Program-made: the position numbers and the translations under genes
Part shown: positions 1-6,871 of the stretch, one piece after another
How the letters are laid out: every line of letters begins with the position of its first letter
How positions within the stretch are numbered: the first letter of the stretch is position 1
IMG/VR virus record: IMGVR_UViG_3300028549_000365
Coordinates: 128,001-192,000 of that record
Source: a virus
Taxonomy: Duplodnaviria; Caudoviricetes
Reading direction: 5' to 3' (one strand)
Length of the DNA: 64,000 bases
Notes under the pieces: model-generated
What the model was told of the DNA's origin: nothing
The model's database searches: none
The model's input: only the letters and a program-made list of their open reading frames with translations

Positions 1-2
1 AG

Positions 3-1169
3 ATTAATAATCTAGATGTTGTTATTAAAGAAAAAACATTAGAAGTTGAAACTATACAAAAGAAACTAGATATTATAAATAGACTACGTGGTGTAAGTAG
101 AGGCTGTCTTGTTATATGGAAATATATACTTAACGAGCTAGATATACACAATGCTGATGTAACTGTTATTCTAGATAGAGTTGATAGAGTTAATATGGAT
201 GTTGTTAGATGGATAGAAGTTATTAAACTTAAAGAAGAATTACTATTACTAAACAACGCTAAGAAAGATATAGAGATAAGTAATAAAGTTATTAACGATA
301 TTAACAATAGTAACAAAGACCAGTTAACTTTAGAACTTGATGAAGTAACACAACTTATCAATAACTCAAAAAGAGAAGTAGAACGTTTTAATGTTTTATT
401 AAAAGTTAGTAAGAGTTTAGAAGAAGGAAAAGCTTTACTTAAAGATAACCTAAACACAGTCTATAAAGAAAAAGATAACTATATAAAATCAGTTAGAGAT
501 AAATATCTTAGTGGTGTAGTAGTTAAACTTAAAGAAGTTATTATAGATCTTAATAATCAAGTTAAGATAGCTAGTAATAATAGAGATAAGTTAAAGAATG
601 ATGTTAAGACATTAAACAAATATAACGAAATAGAAAGTGTTGTTAAACTAATGGTTAAAGAGTTATCACCTTCAGAAGGGTTAATAGCTAAAAGTATAAA
701 TAGTTTCTTAAACGTTTTATTACGAGATGTTAATGCTTTGATTAATAGTGTATGGGACTACGAGATGTTAATCTTACCTTGTGAAGTTAGTGAAGGAAAT
801 GATTTAGATTATAAGTTTAAAGTACTAGTTGATAATAAAGAAGTTATTGAAGATATAAGTAAGACATCATCTTCTATGCAAGAGATAATAGATCTAGCTT
901 TTAGAATAGTCTTTATTAAGTATAGCGGTTTAGAAGAGTTCCCGTTAGTGTTAGACGAGTTTGGTAGAACATTTGATGCTAGACATAGGATAACGGCATA
1001 TAACGTTGTGGACAAGATTATGAGTAGTAACTTTAATCAGATATTTATGGTTAGCCATTTTGAAGGAAGTTATGGTAGATTTAGTAACGCTGATGTTAAC
1101 ATACTTAACACTAATGGTGTTGATATGAATAATATAAATAAGTATAATGTTAATATGAAATTGTATTAA
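3..1169 (+). CDS. sbcC: SbcC/Rad50-like ATPase, C-terminal part (5-prime truncated by window)
   Basis: Frame is open from base 3 through the ORF-track ATG at 195. Coiled-coil followed by degenerate ABC signature (TSSSMQE), Walker B (LVLDEFG) and H-loop (MVSHF). Confidence 0.8.
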   Translation: MNNLDVVIKEKTLEVETIQKKLDIINRLRGVSRGCLVIWKYILNELDIHNADVTVILDRVDRVNMDVVRWIEVIKLKEELLLLNNAKKDIEISNKVINDINNSNKDQLTLELDEVTQLINNSKREVERFNVLLKVSKSLEEGKALLKDNLNTVYKEKDNYIKSVRDKYLSGVVVKLKEVIIDLNNQVKIASNNRDKLKNDVKTLNKYNEIESVVKLMVKELSPSEGLIAKSINSFLNVLLRDVNALINSVWDYEMLILPCEVSEGNDLDYKFKVLVDNKEVIEDISKTSSSMQEIIDLAFRIVFIKYSGLEEFPLVLDEFGRTFDARHRITAYNVVDKIMSSNFNQIFMVSHFEGSYGRFSNADVNILNTNGVDMNNINKYNVNMKLY

Positions 1170-1216
1170 TATTTTAATGCATAATATTAATATGAATAAA
1201 TAATTAAGGAGATAAT

Positions 1217-1327
1217 GTGAAATATAACAAAGGTAAACAACTAGCTTGTGCAAATGACGATTACGATGATAGTGAAGATGACTTTCCTACAGGTGGTTAT
1301 CCACCTCACGATAGTTGTAAGTACTAA
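1217..1327 (+). CDS. Small acidic protein (36 aa, GTG start)
   Basis: AAGGAG RBS upstream; MKYNKGKQLACANDDYDDSEDDFPTGGYPPHDSCKY; followed by a palindromic terminator. Confidence 0.45.
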   Translation: MKYNKGKQLACANDDYDDSEDDFPTGGYPPHDSCKY

Positions 1328-1337
1328 CTTTATAATA

Positions 1338-1364
1338 CATAGGTAACCTATTAGGTTACCTATG
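1338..1364. terminator. Palindromic hairpin, 12-bp arms with 3-nt loop
   Basis: CATAGGTAACCT-ATT-AGGTTACCTATG, followed by a T-rich tract. Confidence 0.7.
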
Positions 1365-1393
1365 TTGTTTCTTGTTATCCATAAATACACAAG

Positions 1394-1410
1394 CATATAT
1401 TATTAATAGG
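1394..1410 (+). promoter_or_regulatory. CATATATTATT promoter motif
   Basis: Same motif recurs at 3090, 8943, 53986, 55634 and 60572, always intergenic and upstream of + strand starts. Confidence 0.6.
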
Positions 1411-1436
1411 ATATAATAAAAAGAAAAGGAAAAAAC

Positions 1437-1559
1437 ATGAAGAGTGATATATTTTTAATAAAATATGATGATGAGGATTATAAAGGAAGTTATGAACTAG
1501 AAGGTTCTGATGATGACATTGATGATAAATCAGACTACGATGAAGCTTGTGGTGATTAA
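1437..1559 (+). CDS. Small highly acidic protein (40 aa)
   Basis: AAGGA RBS and promoter motif upstream; MKSDIFLIKYDDEDYKGSYELEGSDDDIDDKSDYDEACGD. Confidence 0.6.
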   Translation: MKSDIFLIKYDDEDYKGSYELEGSDDDIDDKSDYDEACGD

Positions 1560-1590
1560 CGTATAATTGAGTAAACTTCAGGAGTGTAAT

Positions 1591-1827
1591 ATGATCGAAA
1601 TAAAGTGTGATAAATGTGGTAAAACAAATACAGAATTTTTTACAATACCTAAGTCGATTGATTTAGTGGTAGTTAACGAACGTTCTAAATTCGAACCAGT
1701 TAATTCAGCTGAAAGAGTTATAAAGAGATATGTTGAACTATTGTTAAAAGATGGTATAACTACTACAGTTAATATATGTCAATCGTGTATGAGTAAAGGC
1801 TTTAGAAGTTTTAAAAAGAATAAGTAA
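1591..1827 (+). CDS. Small Zn-binding protein (CxxC...CxxC)
   Basis: CDKC and CQSC motifs; AGGAG RBS before the ATG at 1591, preferred over the TTG at 1567. Confidence 0.65.
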   Translation: MIEIKCDKCGKTNTEFFTIPKSIDLVVVNERSKFEPVNSAERVIKRYVELLLKDGITTTVNICQSCMSKGFRSFKKNK

Positions 1828-1852
1828 GAGATAGGGTATCCCTATCTCTTAC
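1824..1852. terminator. Bidirectional terminator hairpin at convergent stops
   Basis: 13-bp arms GTAAGAGATAGGG/CCCTATCTCTTAC with a 3-nt loop, overlapping both stop codons. Confidence 0.7.
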
Positions 1853-2933
1853 CTACAAGTTCTTTTATTTTTTTTACATGAGTGTTAAACTCTTCTAACA
1901 TATCTTCATTTAAGGCATCTTCCAACCTACTAGCTCTATTTTCTAAATATCTAAAAATAACTGGTAGTTTATTAACTAATGATAAGTTAGTAGCTCTACC
2001 GCGTTTACCCATAACAACAAGTAATTGATATACATATTTTATTCTAGTTACCCATAACACCCATTCCGATTGTGTGTTATAATATCTTTGGTTAAGTCTT
2101 AATATATCAAACATATCATTACCAGAGAACGTAGGTATAGAATTTACTAATTGATCAATAGGTATATTTACATTACTAACATCTTTATATACACCTTTAA
2201 GTACTCTATCTATATCATTAGTATAGTTAACAACATGAAAAGGATGTCTATGTTTAAAAGAAGTTTCTAGATCCTCTGTTAAAGATAATTCTATAAATCT
2301 ATTAAATATAGTAATATCCATATATTGGTCTAATATATTAGGCATAACGTATGTAGCTATATATACATTAGAATCAGTACTTTTATTGTAAGCCTTACGT
2401 TCTTTACACCACATAGAATATTGTAAAGTCATAGCTGTTAAATCTATCTCGAATACAGTTGTCTTAATTACATCGAAAGATTGTCTATACGGAAACGTAT
2501 AGTCGAATCTTCTGTTGTTTGTATATACTATACGTATAGGCACTGATTCTTTCCATAAGTTTTCATAGTTAATTAAATCTATATCATTTTCTACATATAT
2601 AAATATCTCTTTAGAGTTTTCTTTGTATAGTACATTATTATGTACCTTTCCTTTAGCTAACGTAGATACTATATCAAACTGCTTAGATAAGTATTTAGCT
2701 CTCATACCTATTTGTTTAAAAATATCTACAATAGGTGCAGATGTATCAGGAGCTATTAAGTCTAATATTCTAGCTAACATATTATTATTATTAACAGCTC
2801 GGTCTCTATGTCTGTAATACAGCTTCACTCTATCTATCTCTAACTTATATTTTCGTTGTATAGTGTCGAATGAACTATACTTCTTTATAGGATAAATAGT
2901 TTTGTTCTTTTTCTGTGTAAAGTAATTAAACAT
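1842..2933 (-). CDS. Conserved phiKZ-like hypothetical protein, divergent from chmA
   Basis: 363 aa ORF with AAGGA RBS; position divergent from chmA matches chimallivirus synteny. Confidence 0.7.
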   Translation of the reverse strand: MFNYFTQKKNKTIYPIKKYSSFDTIQRKYKLEIDRVKLYYRHRDRAVNNNNMLARILDLIAPDTSAPIVDIFKQIGMRAKYLSKQFDIVSTLAKGKVHNNVLYKENSKEIFIYVENDIDLINYENLWKESVPIRIVYTNNRRFDYTFPYRQSFDVIKTTVFEIDLTAMTLQYSMWCKERKAYNKSTDSNVYIATYVMPNILDQYMDITIFNRFIELSLTEDLETSFKHRHPFHVVNYTNDIDRVLKGVYKDVSNVNIPIDQLVNSIPTFSGNDMFDILRLNQRYYNTQSEWVLWVTRIKYVYQLLVVMGKRGRATNLSLVNKLPVIFRYLENRASRLEDALNEDMLEEFNTHVKKIKELVGKR

Positions 2934-3089
2934 CGAGCATCCTTATAGTTATTTCAGTTAATCGATATAGTGTAACTATTTTTTTATAATATATACATAT
3001 CTATGATACAAAATATCCAAGTGGTAAAACACTTGTAATACAACACGAAAATATGGTGCTGTGATAATTAAAAGTAATATTTTTTTAAA

Positions 3090-3106
3090 CATATATTATT
3101 TAAGTA
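3090..3106 (+). promoter_or_regulatory. CATATATTATT promoter motif upstream of chmA
   Basis: Recurrent motif, 83 nt upstream of the ATG. Confidence 0.6.
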
Positions 3107-3172
3107 GAGTGTATAGCCAATGCACCTATAAAGTTGTCGACAGCTTTATTAATTTAATTTAAGGAGTACAAT

Positions 3173-5041
3173 ATGGCATTAAAAGGACAAGAAGGATTTG
3201 ATCCAAACCACGGAGCTAACAATTTAGCGGAAGCAACAGCTAATAGAGGTTTTAACCAACAAGCAAGTGCAAGAGCAGGTGATGACGTTAGACCTAGTAT
3301 TGGATTTGGAGGTAGAGATATCTATATCATGAATTCTAACCAAGGTTCAGGGTATACTAACGGAATTGCTACAGCTATGGCTGAAGCTTATGTTAAACTA
3401 CCTGCAGGTGCTAAACCAAGATTAAATGTTCTTGATAAAGAAGCAATCAACGGTCTAGCGTATTCAGTTATCGTAGTAAGTGTACAAAAGAGTGATAAAG
3501 TTTTCTACTTTACAATCGCGTTAGAGGGAACAGGTAGACGACCTATGAAAGCTGGCGAAATCATCGCAGAAGTTAACAGAGAGAGAAACCCTAACCAAAA
3601 TCAAAGAGCGAATGTGTTTACTACAGATGATGCTATTGATAAAGTATTACATGCAGAAATTGGAAGAGCTTTAGCTGCAGAGTATCCTTCTATTAAAGAG
3701 TTCATGCCTGTTGATGGTGTAGTTGTACCTACATTGCATGACGACGCTAAATCATTAGCACAAAGATTAGCATCTATTGGATATAACGCTACAACTGTAG
3801 ATAGTGCATTAGCTTCTGGTGAACACCAAGATTTAAATATCACAAAAGCTCTTAACGATTCACCGAATGTTGCATTAAGACTAGAAGTTAACATGATGAA
3901 ACAAACTGCTAGAAACGAAGTTGATAAACCAGTTAGACAAGATTTTGCTATTGAGCTTAACACTGTTGATATGAGTAACACTATACAAAGTATTAACTTA
4001 CAAAACTCTAAAGATACACTTGTAAGAGTTTCTGGTTATATTGATGCTATTGCTAACGAGTATGAAATTCCTACTATGATGGGTATGCCACCACAAACAA
4101 AAATTGGTTTACATCCACATATTATTATCACAAGTAGTGCTGTTAAAATACCAACTCCTGGTTATGCATTGTTAGGTATTATCTCTGCGTTAACTATGAC
4201 TAACCCAGCTATGTGGGTAGCTAGTGTTACGCCTAGAGAACAAAAAGATCCACACGATGCTGGTGCACTTAACATCATGACAAATCTTGGAAGAAACCAA
4301 AACAAAATTGGTGAAAAACTTGACTTACTAAGCAAAACAATTCAGACTGAAGAAGCTTATAGTTTCATTAGACAAATGTTTAGTGAGAAACCAGTTATAT
4401 CTTTCGACGTTGAATCATTTGGACCACAAACATATTACAACAGTATGTTAGCTATTGCTGCTCAAAATGGAAATTCTACTGCAAAACAAAATGCATTAAA
4501 TGAAATTATTGAAACTGCTAACTGGCTAACTAACGGAAACTTCCCACAAGATTTCCCTAGAGATAAAGTATTTGTATATGGCGGAGTAGTTGTACCTATG
4601 GGTTCTTACGCAGATAAAACTGGTGAAAGAGATATTAGAGATATCGACTTAGCATACATAGCAAACAAAAGTGGTGATGTAGGAATGATGAACTCATGGG
4701 TTAAATCATCAGTACCTGGAACTGGTGCTACTGATCCATTCCTAGCTAAAACTATGATTATTGCAAGTTTGATTCCTGATGCTGAAATCTCTGGTAAAGC
4801 TATTAGAGTTACATTCTCTGGTATGTTTGTTGAAACATTAGCTGCTGCTGCTGCTGCTGCGGGACTTGATGCTAAATATGAACCAGCTATTGTATTTGCT
4901 GAATCTCATAACCTTGGTATGATTAACAACTTTATGGCTGGTGCTGGTGTAAGTAACGCTTATGGTTTCGCTAGACAAAGTATGGCTGCTGGTCCTAACT
5001 TCCAAATGGGTTATGGTGGTGTAGGTTACCACAGACACTAA
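3173..5041 (+). CDS. chmA: Chimallin, phage nuclear shell protein
   Basis: 622 aa. Collinear matches to recalled 201phi2-1 gp105 segments: KPVRQDF~NPIRADI, HDAGAL~KDIGAL, PVISFDV~PVFQIDL, GERDIRDID~EKRDRRDLD, SGKAIRVTF..FVETL..AGL~TGKAERCTY..FIEAL..AGL. Lies upstream of nvRNAP beta-prime as in phiKZ. Confidence 0.9.
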   Translation: MALKGQEGFDPNHGANNLAEATANRGFNQQASARAGDDVRPSIGFGGRDIYIMNSNQGSGYTNGIATAMAEAYVKLPAGAKPRLNVLDKEAINGLAYSVIVVSVQKSDKVFYFTIALEGTGRRPMKAGEIIAEVNRERNPNQNQRANVFTTDDAIDKVLHAEIGRALAAEYPSIKEFMPVDGVVVPTLHDDAKSLAQRLASIGYNATTVDSALASGEHQDLNITKALNDSPNVALRLEVNMMKQTARNEVDKPVRQDFAIELNTVDMSNTIQSINLQNSKDTLVRVSGYIDAIANEYEIPTMMGMPPQTKIGLHPHIIITSSAVKIPTPGYALLGIISALTMTNPAMWVASVTPREQKDPHDAGALNIMTNLGRNQNKIGEKLDLLSKTIQTEEAYSFIRQMFSEKPVISFDVESFGPQTYYNSMLAIAAQNGNSTAKQNALNEIIETANWLTNGNFPQDFPRDKVFVYGGVVVPMGSYADKTGERDIRDIDLAYIANKSGDVGMMNSWVKSSVPGTGATDPFLAKTMIIASLIPDAEISGKAIRVTFSGMFVETLAAAAAAAGLDAKYEPAIVFAESHNLGMINNFMAGAGVSNAYGFARQSMAAGPNFQMGYGGVGYHRH

Positions 5042-5620
5042 CAGCTTAGCTGTTAGTTGGAAAGAGAGTATGTTGGACTCTCGTGTATAGCATGTTGACA
5101 TGGTTTATAGTTATACAAAGGTTAAGTAGCGACTAACCAACCGCATAGGATGTTTTCCTGTGGTTAACAGCGAGTTTAGTAGTTGTATATATAATGTTGT
5201 TTGCACTTGCAAAATATTTATACGTTACGGTTATTAAGCGTTGAGACTAGTTTTACTTACTAAGGGTATTGTAAGTATTATGGAAGGTCTCTTATTGGCG
5301 GTTTACGGACGAACTTCGTGAACAAGCCGTGCAAATTTGCTTAGGTGGTTATTGATATCGCATGGAGTTTATGTAACAGTATGGTAGTTATATAAATGTA
5401 GAAGTTAGTTATCTTAAAATAATTACCTGACACACTGGTAAAAGAGTGTCATAACATGTGAATGTTATGTTAGGGTCTCTGACACAATATAGACAACGTT
5501 AGAGTGATATAGTGGGTTCCTATATCTAGTTATTAATATCGTGATCGAAATATTAATAATGATTATAAGGCTTTGATCATCACAGCAGTCTACGACTTAA
5601 GAAACGAGACTGGCTGGTTT
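5042..5620 (+). ncRNA. Candidate large structured ncRNA (family unknown)
   Basis: No ORF. Contiguous series of hairpins with G-U pairs (GAGAGT/ACTCTC, GAGAC/GTCTC enclosing TACTTAC/GTAAGTA, GGTAGTTA/TAATTACC, GACAC/GTGTC, CTCTGAC/GTTAGAG, GATATAG/CTATATC, CAGTC/GACTG) immediately before the tRNA cluster. Strand inferred from neighbours. Confidence 0.45.
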
Positions 5621-5621
5621 T

Positions 5622-5699
5622 ATAGAATATAGCTTAATGGGAGGAGAGCGTTCGATTACCATCGAAAGGTTACAGGTTCGAGTCCTGTATTCTATACCA
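5622..5699 (+). tRNA. Atypical tRNA with 6-nt anticodon loop (TTACCA), identity undetermined
   Basis: Acceptor ATAGAAT/ATTCTAT-A-CCA, T arm ACAGG-TTCGAGT-CCTGT, anticodon stem TTCGA/TCGAA closing only 6 nt. Confidence 0.7.
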
Positions 5700-5722
5700 A
5701 AAATAAACAAAAAGGATACACT

Positions 5723-5872
5723 ATGAAAGTAAGAATGTCATTAGTAGCTGCGTCAGCTATTGTTAAATTAAATACTAGAATAAAAGACTATTCTTTAAAA
5801 GCACAAGTTCTACAATCTAGAACACCAGGTAAATCAATACCATTAAGTACTACTGTTAAACAGGATAACTAA
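5723..5872 (+). CDS. Small basic protein (49 aa) inside the tRNA cluster
   Basis: AAGGA RBS; MKVRMSLVAASAIVKLNTRIKDYSLKAQVLQSRTPGKSIPLSTTVKQDN; 3-prime end overlaps a tRNA-like element. Confidence 0.45.
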   Translation: MKVRMSLVAASAIVKLNTRIKDYSLKAQVLQSRTPGKSIPLSTTVKQDN

Positions 5873-5971
5873 CTGCACAAACTTTGTTAGACTATACCGC
5901 AACGACACAGGTTCAGCGCATTCTAGTCTAACATCAACATAATGTTATGGGTTCAACTCCCAAGTAGTACA
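5847..5971 (+). ncRNA. tRNA-like RNA with extended anticodon arm
   Basis: Acceptor GTACTACT/AGTAGTAC-A, D arm GTTA-AACAGGA-TAAC, T arm TGGG-TTCAACT-CCCA, central 10-bp stem TGTTAGACTA/TAGTCTAACA with a 29-nt loop. Confidence 0.55.
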
Positions 5972-6040
5972 CTAGACAGTTTCTCCAATTACAGTTTAGA
6001 TTCCAGCGTAGAAGTTTTTAACACTTCTTCTACGCTGTTA

Positions 6041-6117
6041 GGGTTGTTAGCTCAGCTGGTAGAGCACTCGGCTCATAACCGAGCGGTCGATAGGTTCAAA
6101 TCCTACACAACCCACCA
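6041..6117 (+). tRNA. tRNA with CAT anticodon (Met or Ile2-lysidine)
   Basis: Canonical cloverleaf: GGGTTGT/ACAACCC-A-CCA, CTCGG-CTCATAA-CCGAG, T loop TTCAAAT. Confidence 0.93.
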
Positions 6118-6127
6118 ACAATATTAT

Positions 6128-6227
6128 GTATAGCCTTTCATGTGGCGAGAAGTGCTGGTTACGACCGGCAGGGCATGGTAACTTATGTTACACATATTCC
6201 TTATGGGTTCAACCCCCATGCTATACA
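6128..6227 (+). ncRNA. tRNA-like RNA with 6-nt loop (TTACGA) and very long variable arm
   Basis: Acceptor GTATAGC/GCTATAC-A, arm TGCTGG-TTACGA-CCGGCA, ~30-nt variable hairpin (GTAAC-TTAT-GTTAC), T arm ATGGG-TTCAACC-CCCAT. Confidence 0.6.
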
Positions 6228-6364
6228 CAGCTATGAATATTATATAGTATAATATGATGTCTATAAACTAGATCTTAAATATTGGTACTGTAAAATCTAC
6301 TTTAATATAAGATTTATTATGATTATAGATTAGTCATTTGTAACTATAAATATTCATACTTTAT

Positions 6365-6563
6365 GTAACTATAGCTCAGTCTGGTAGAGCGCGGGGATAT
6401 CAGTGTGTTCTAATTTGTGTATGAGATACACAGCACACTCCGAAGTCATTGGTTCGAATCCAAAGCTTAGTCTGGTAGAGCGCGGGGATATCAGTGTGTT
6501 CCAAAAGTATTTTTACTTGACATACACACTCCGAGGTCATTGGTTCAAATCCAATTAGTTACA
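6365..6563 (+). ncRNA. Double tRNA-like RNA: one acceptor stem enclosing two D/insert/T modules
   Basis: Acceptor GTAACTA/TAGTTAC-A. Each module has D arm GCT(C/T)AGTCTGGTAGAGC, stem CGGGG/CTCCG enclosing 41 nt, and T arm ATTGG-TTC(G/A)AAT-CCAA. Confidence 0.7.
6373..6554 (+). repeat. 91-nt tandem direct repeat with divergent 23-nt cores
   Basis: Unit 1 is 6373-6463, unit 2 is 6464-6554. Three mismatches outside the cores 6411-6433 and 6502-6524. Confidence 0.9.
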
Positions 6564-6583
6564 CCCTTACGTTTATCGTTTGA

Positions 6584-6655
6584 GTACACTTAGTTCAGTA
6601 GGATAGAATCTGCCTCAAAAGGCAGGGGTCGCTGGTTCGAGTCCAGCAGTGTACA
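6584..6655 (+). tRNA. tRNA-Asp-like body with remodelled anticodon loop (TCAAAA)
   Basis: GTACACT/AGTGTAC-A; TAGTTCAG..GG.TAGAAT, CTGCC/GGCAG and GGGTCGC.GGTTCGAGTCC resemble bacterial tRNA-Asp; no GTC anticodon and no CCA. Confidence 0.65.
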
Positions 6656-6871
6656 CATTATGTTTCCTGTAACTTTATGTTCTAGATGATCGTTTTCTAA
6701 CGGTAGTTTCTTTCTGTGTTATTGGAGTTTACATTGAAGAATAATATATAGTAAGATGGAAGAGTAGCTATATATTATATTCCTTTTATATTGACTTTAC
6801 AAAAAAGATATGGTGTATTTATATACTGTTATCACTGTACGTAGTCTGACGGTGATCTTCCGCTTAAATAT

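Noticed and set aside
4841-4861. GCT trinucleotide run in chmA as a contingency repeat
   Set aside because: In-frame poly-Ala within a helix aligned to ChmA; no evidence of phase variation.
5042-5620. tmRNA, RNase P RNA or group I intron
   Set aside because: No alanyl tRNA-like ends or tag ORF, no GAGGAAAGTCC-type P4 motif, and no P/Q/R/S elements were found by eye.
5942-6133. 63-aa ORF from the ORF track
   Set aside because: Overlaps the canonical CAT tRNA and a tRNA-like T arm; no RBS.
6365-6563. CRISPR array
   Set aside because: Only two units, the repeat is a 68-nt tRNA body rather than a 25-45 nt CRISPR repeat, and no cas gene is in the window. Kept as a tRNA-scaffold repeat instead.
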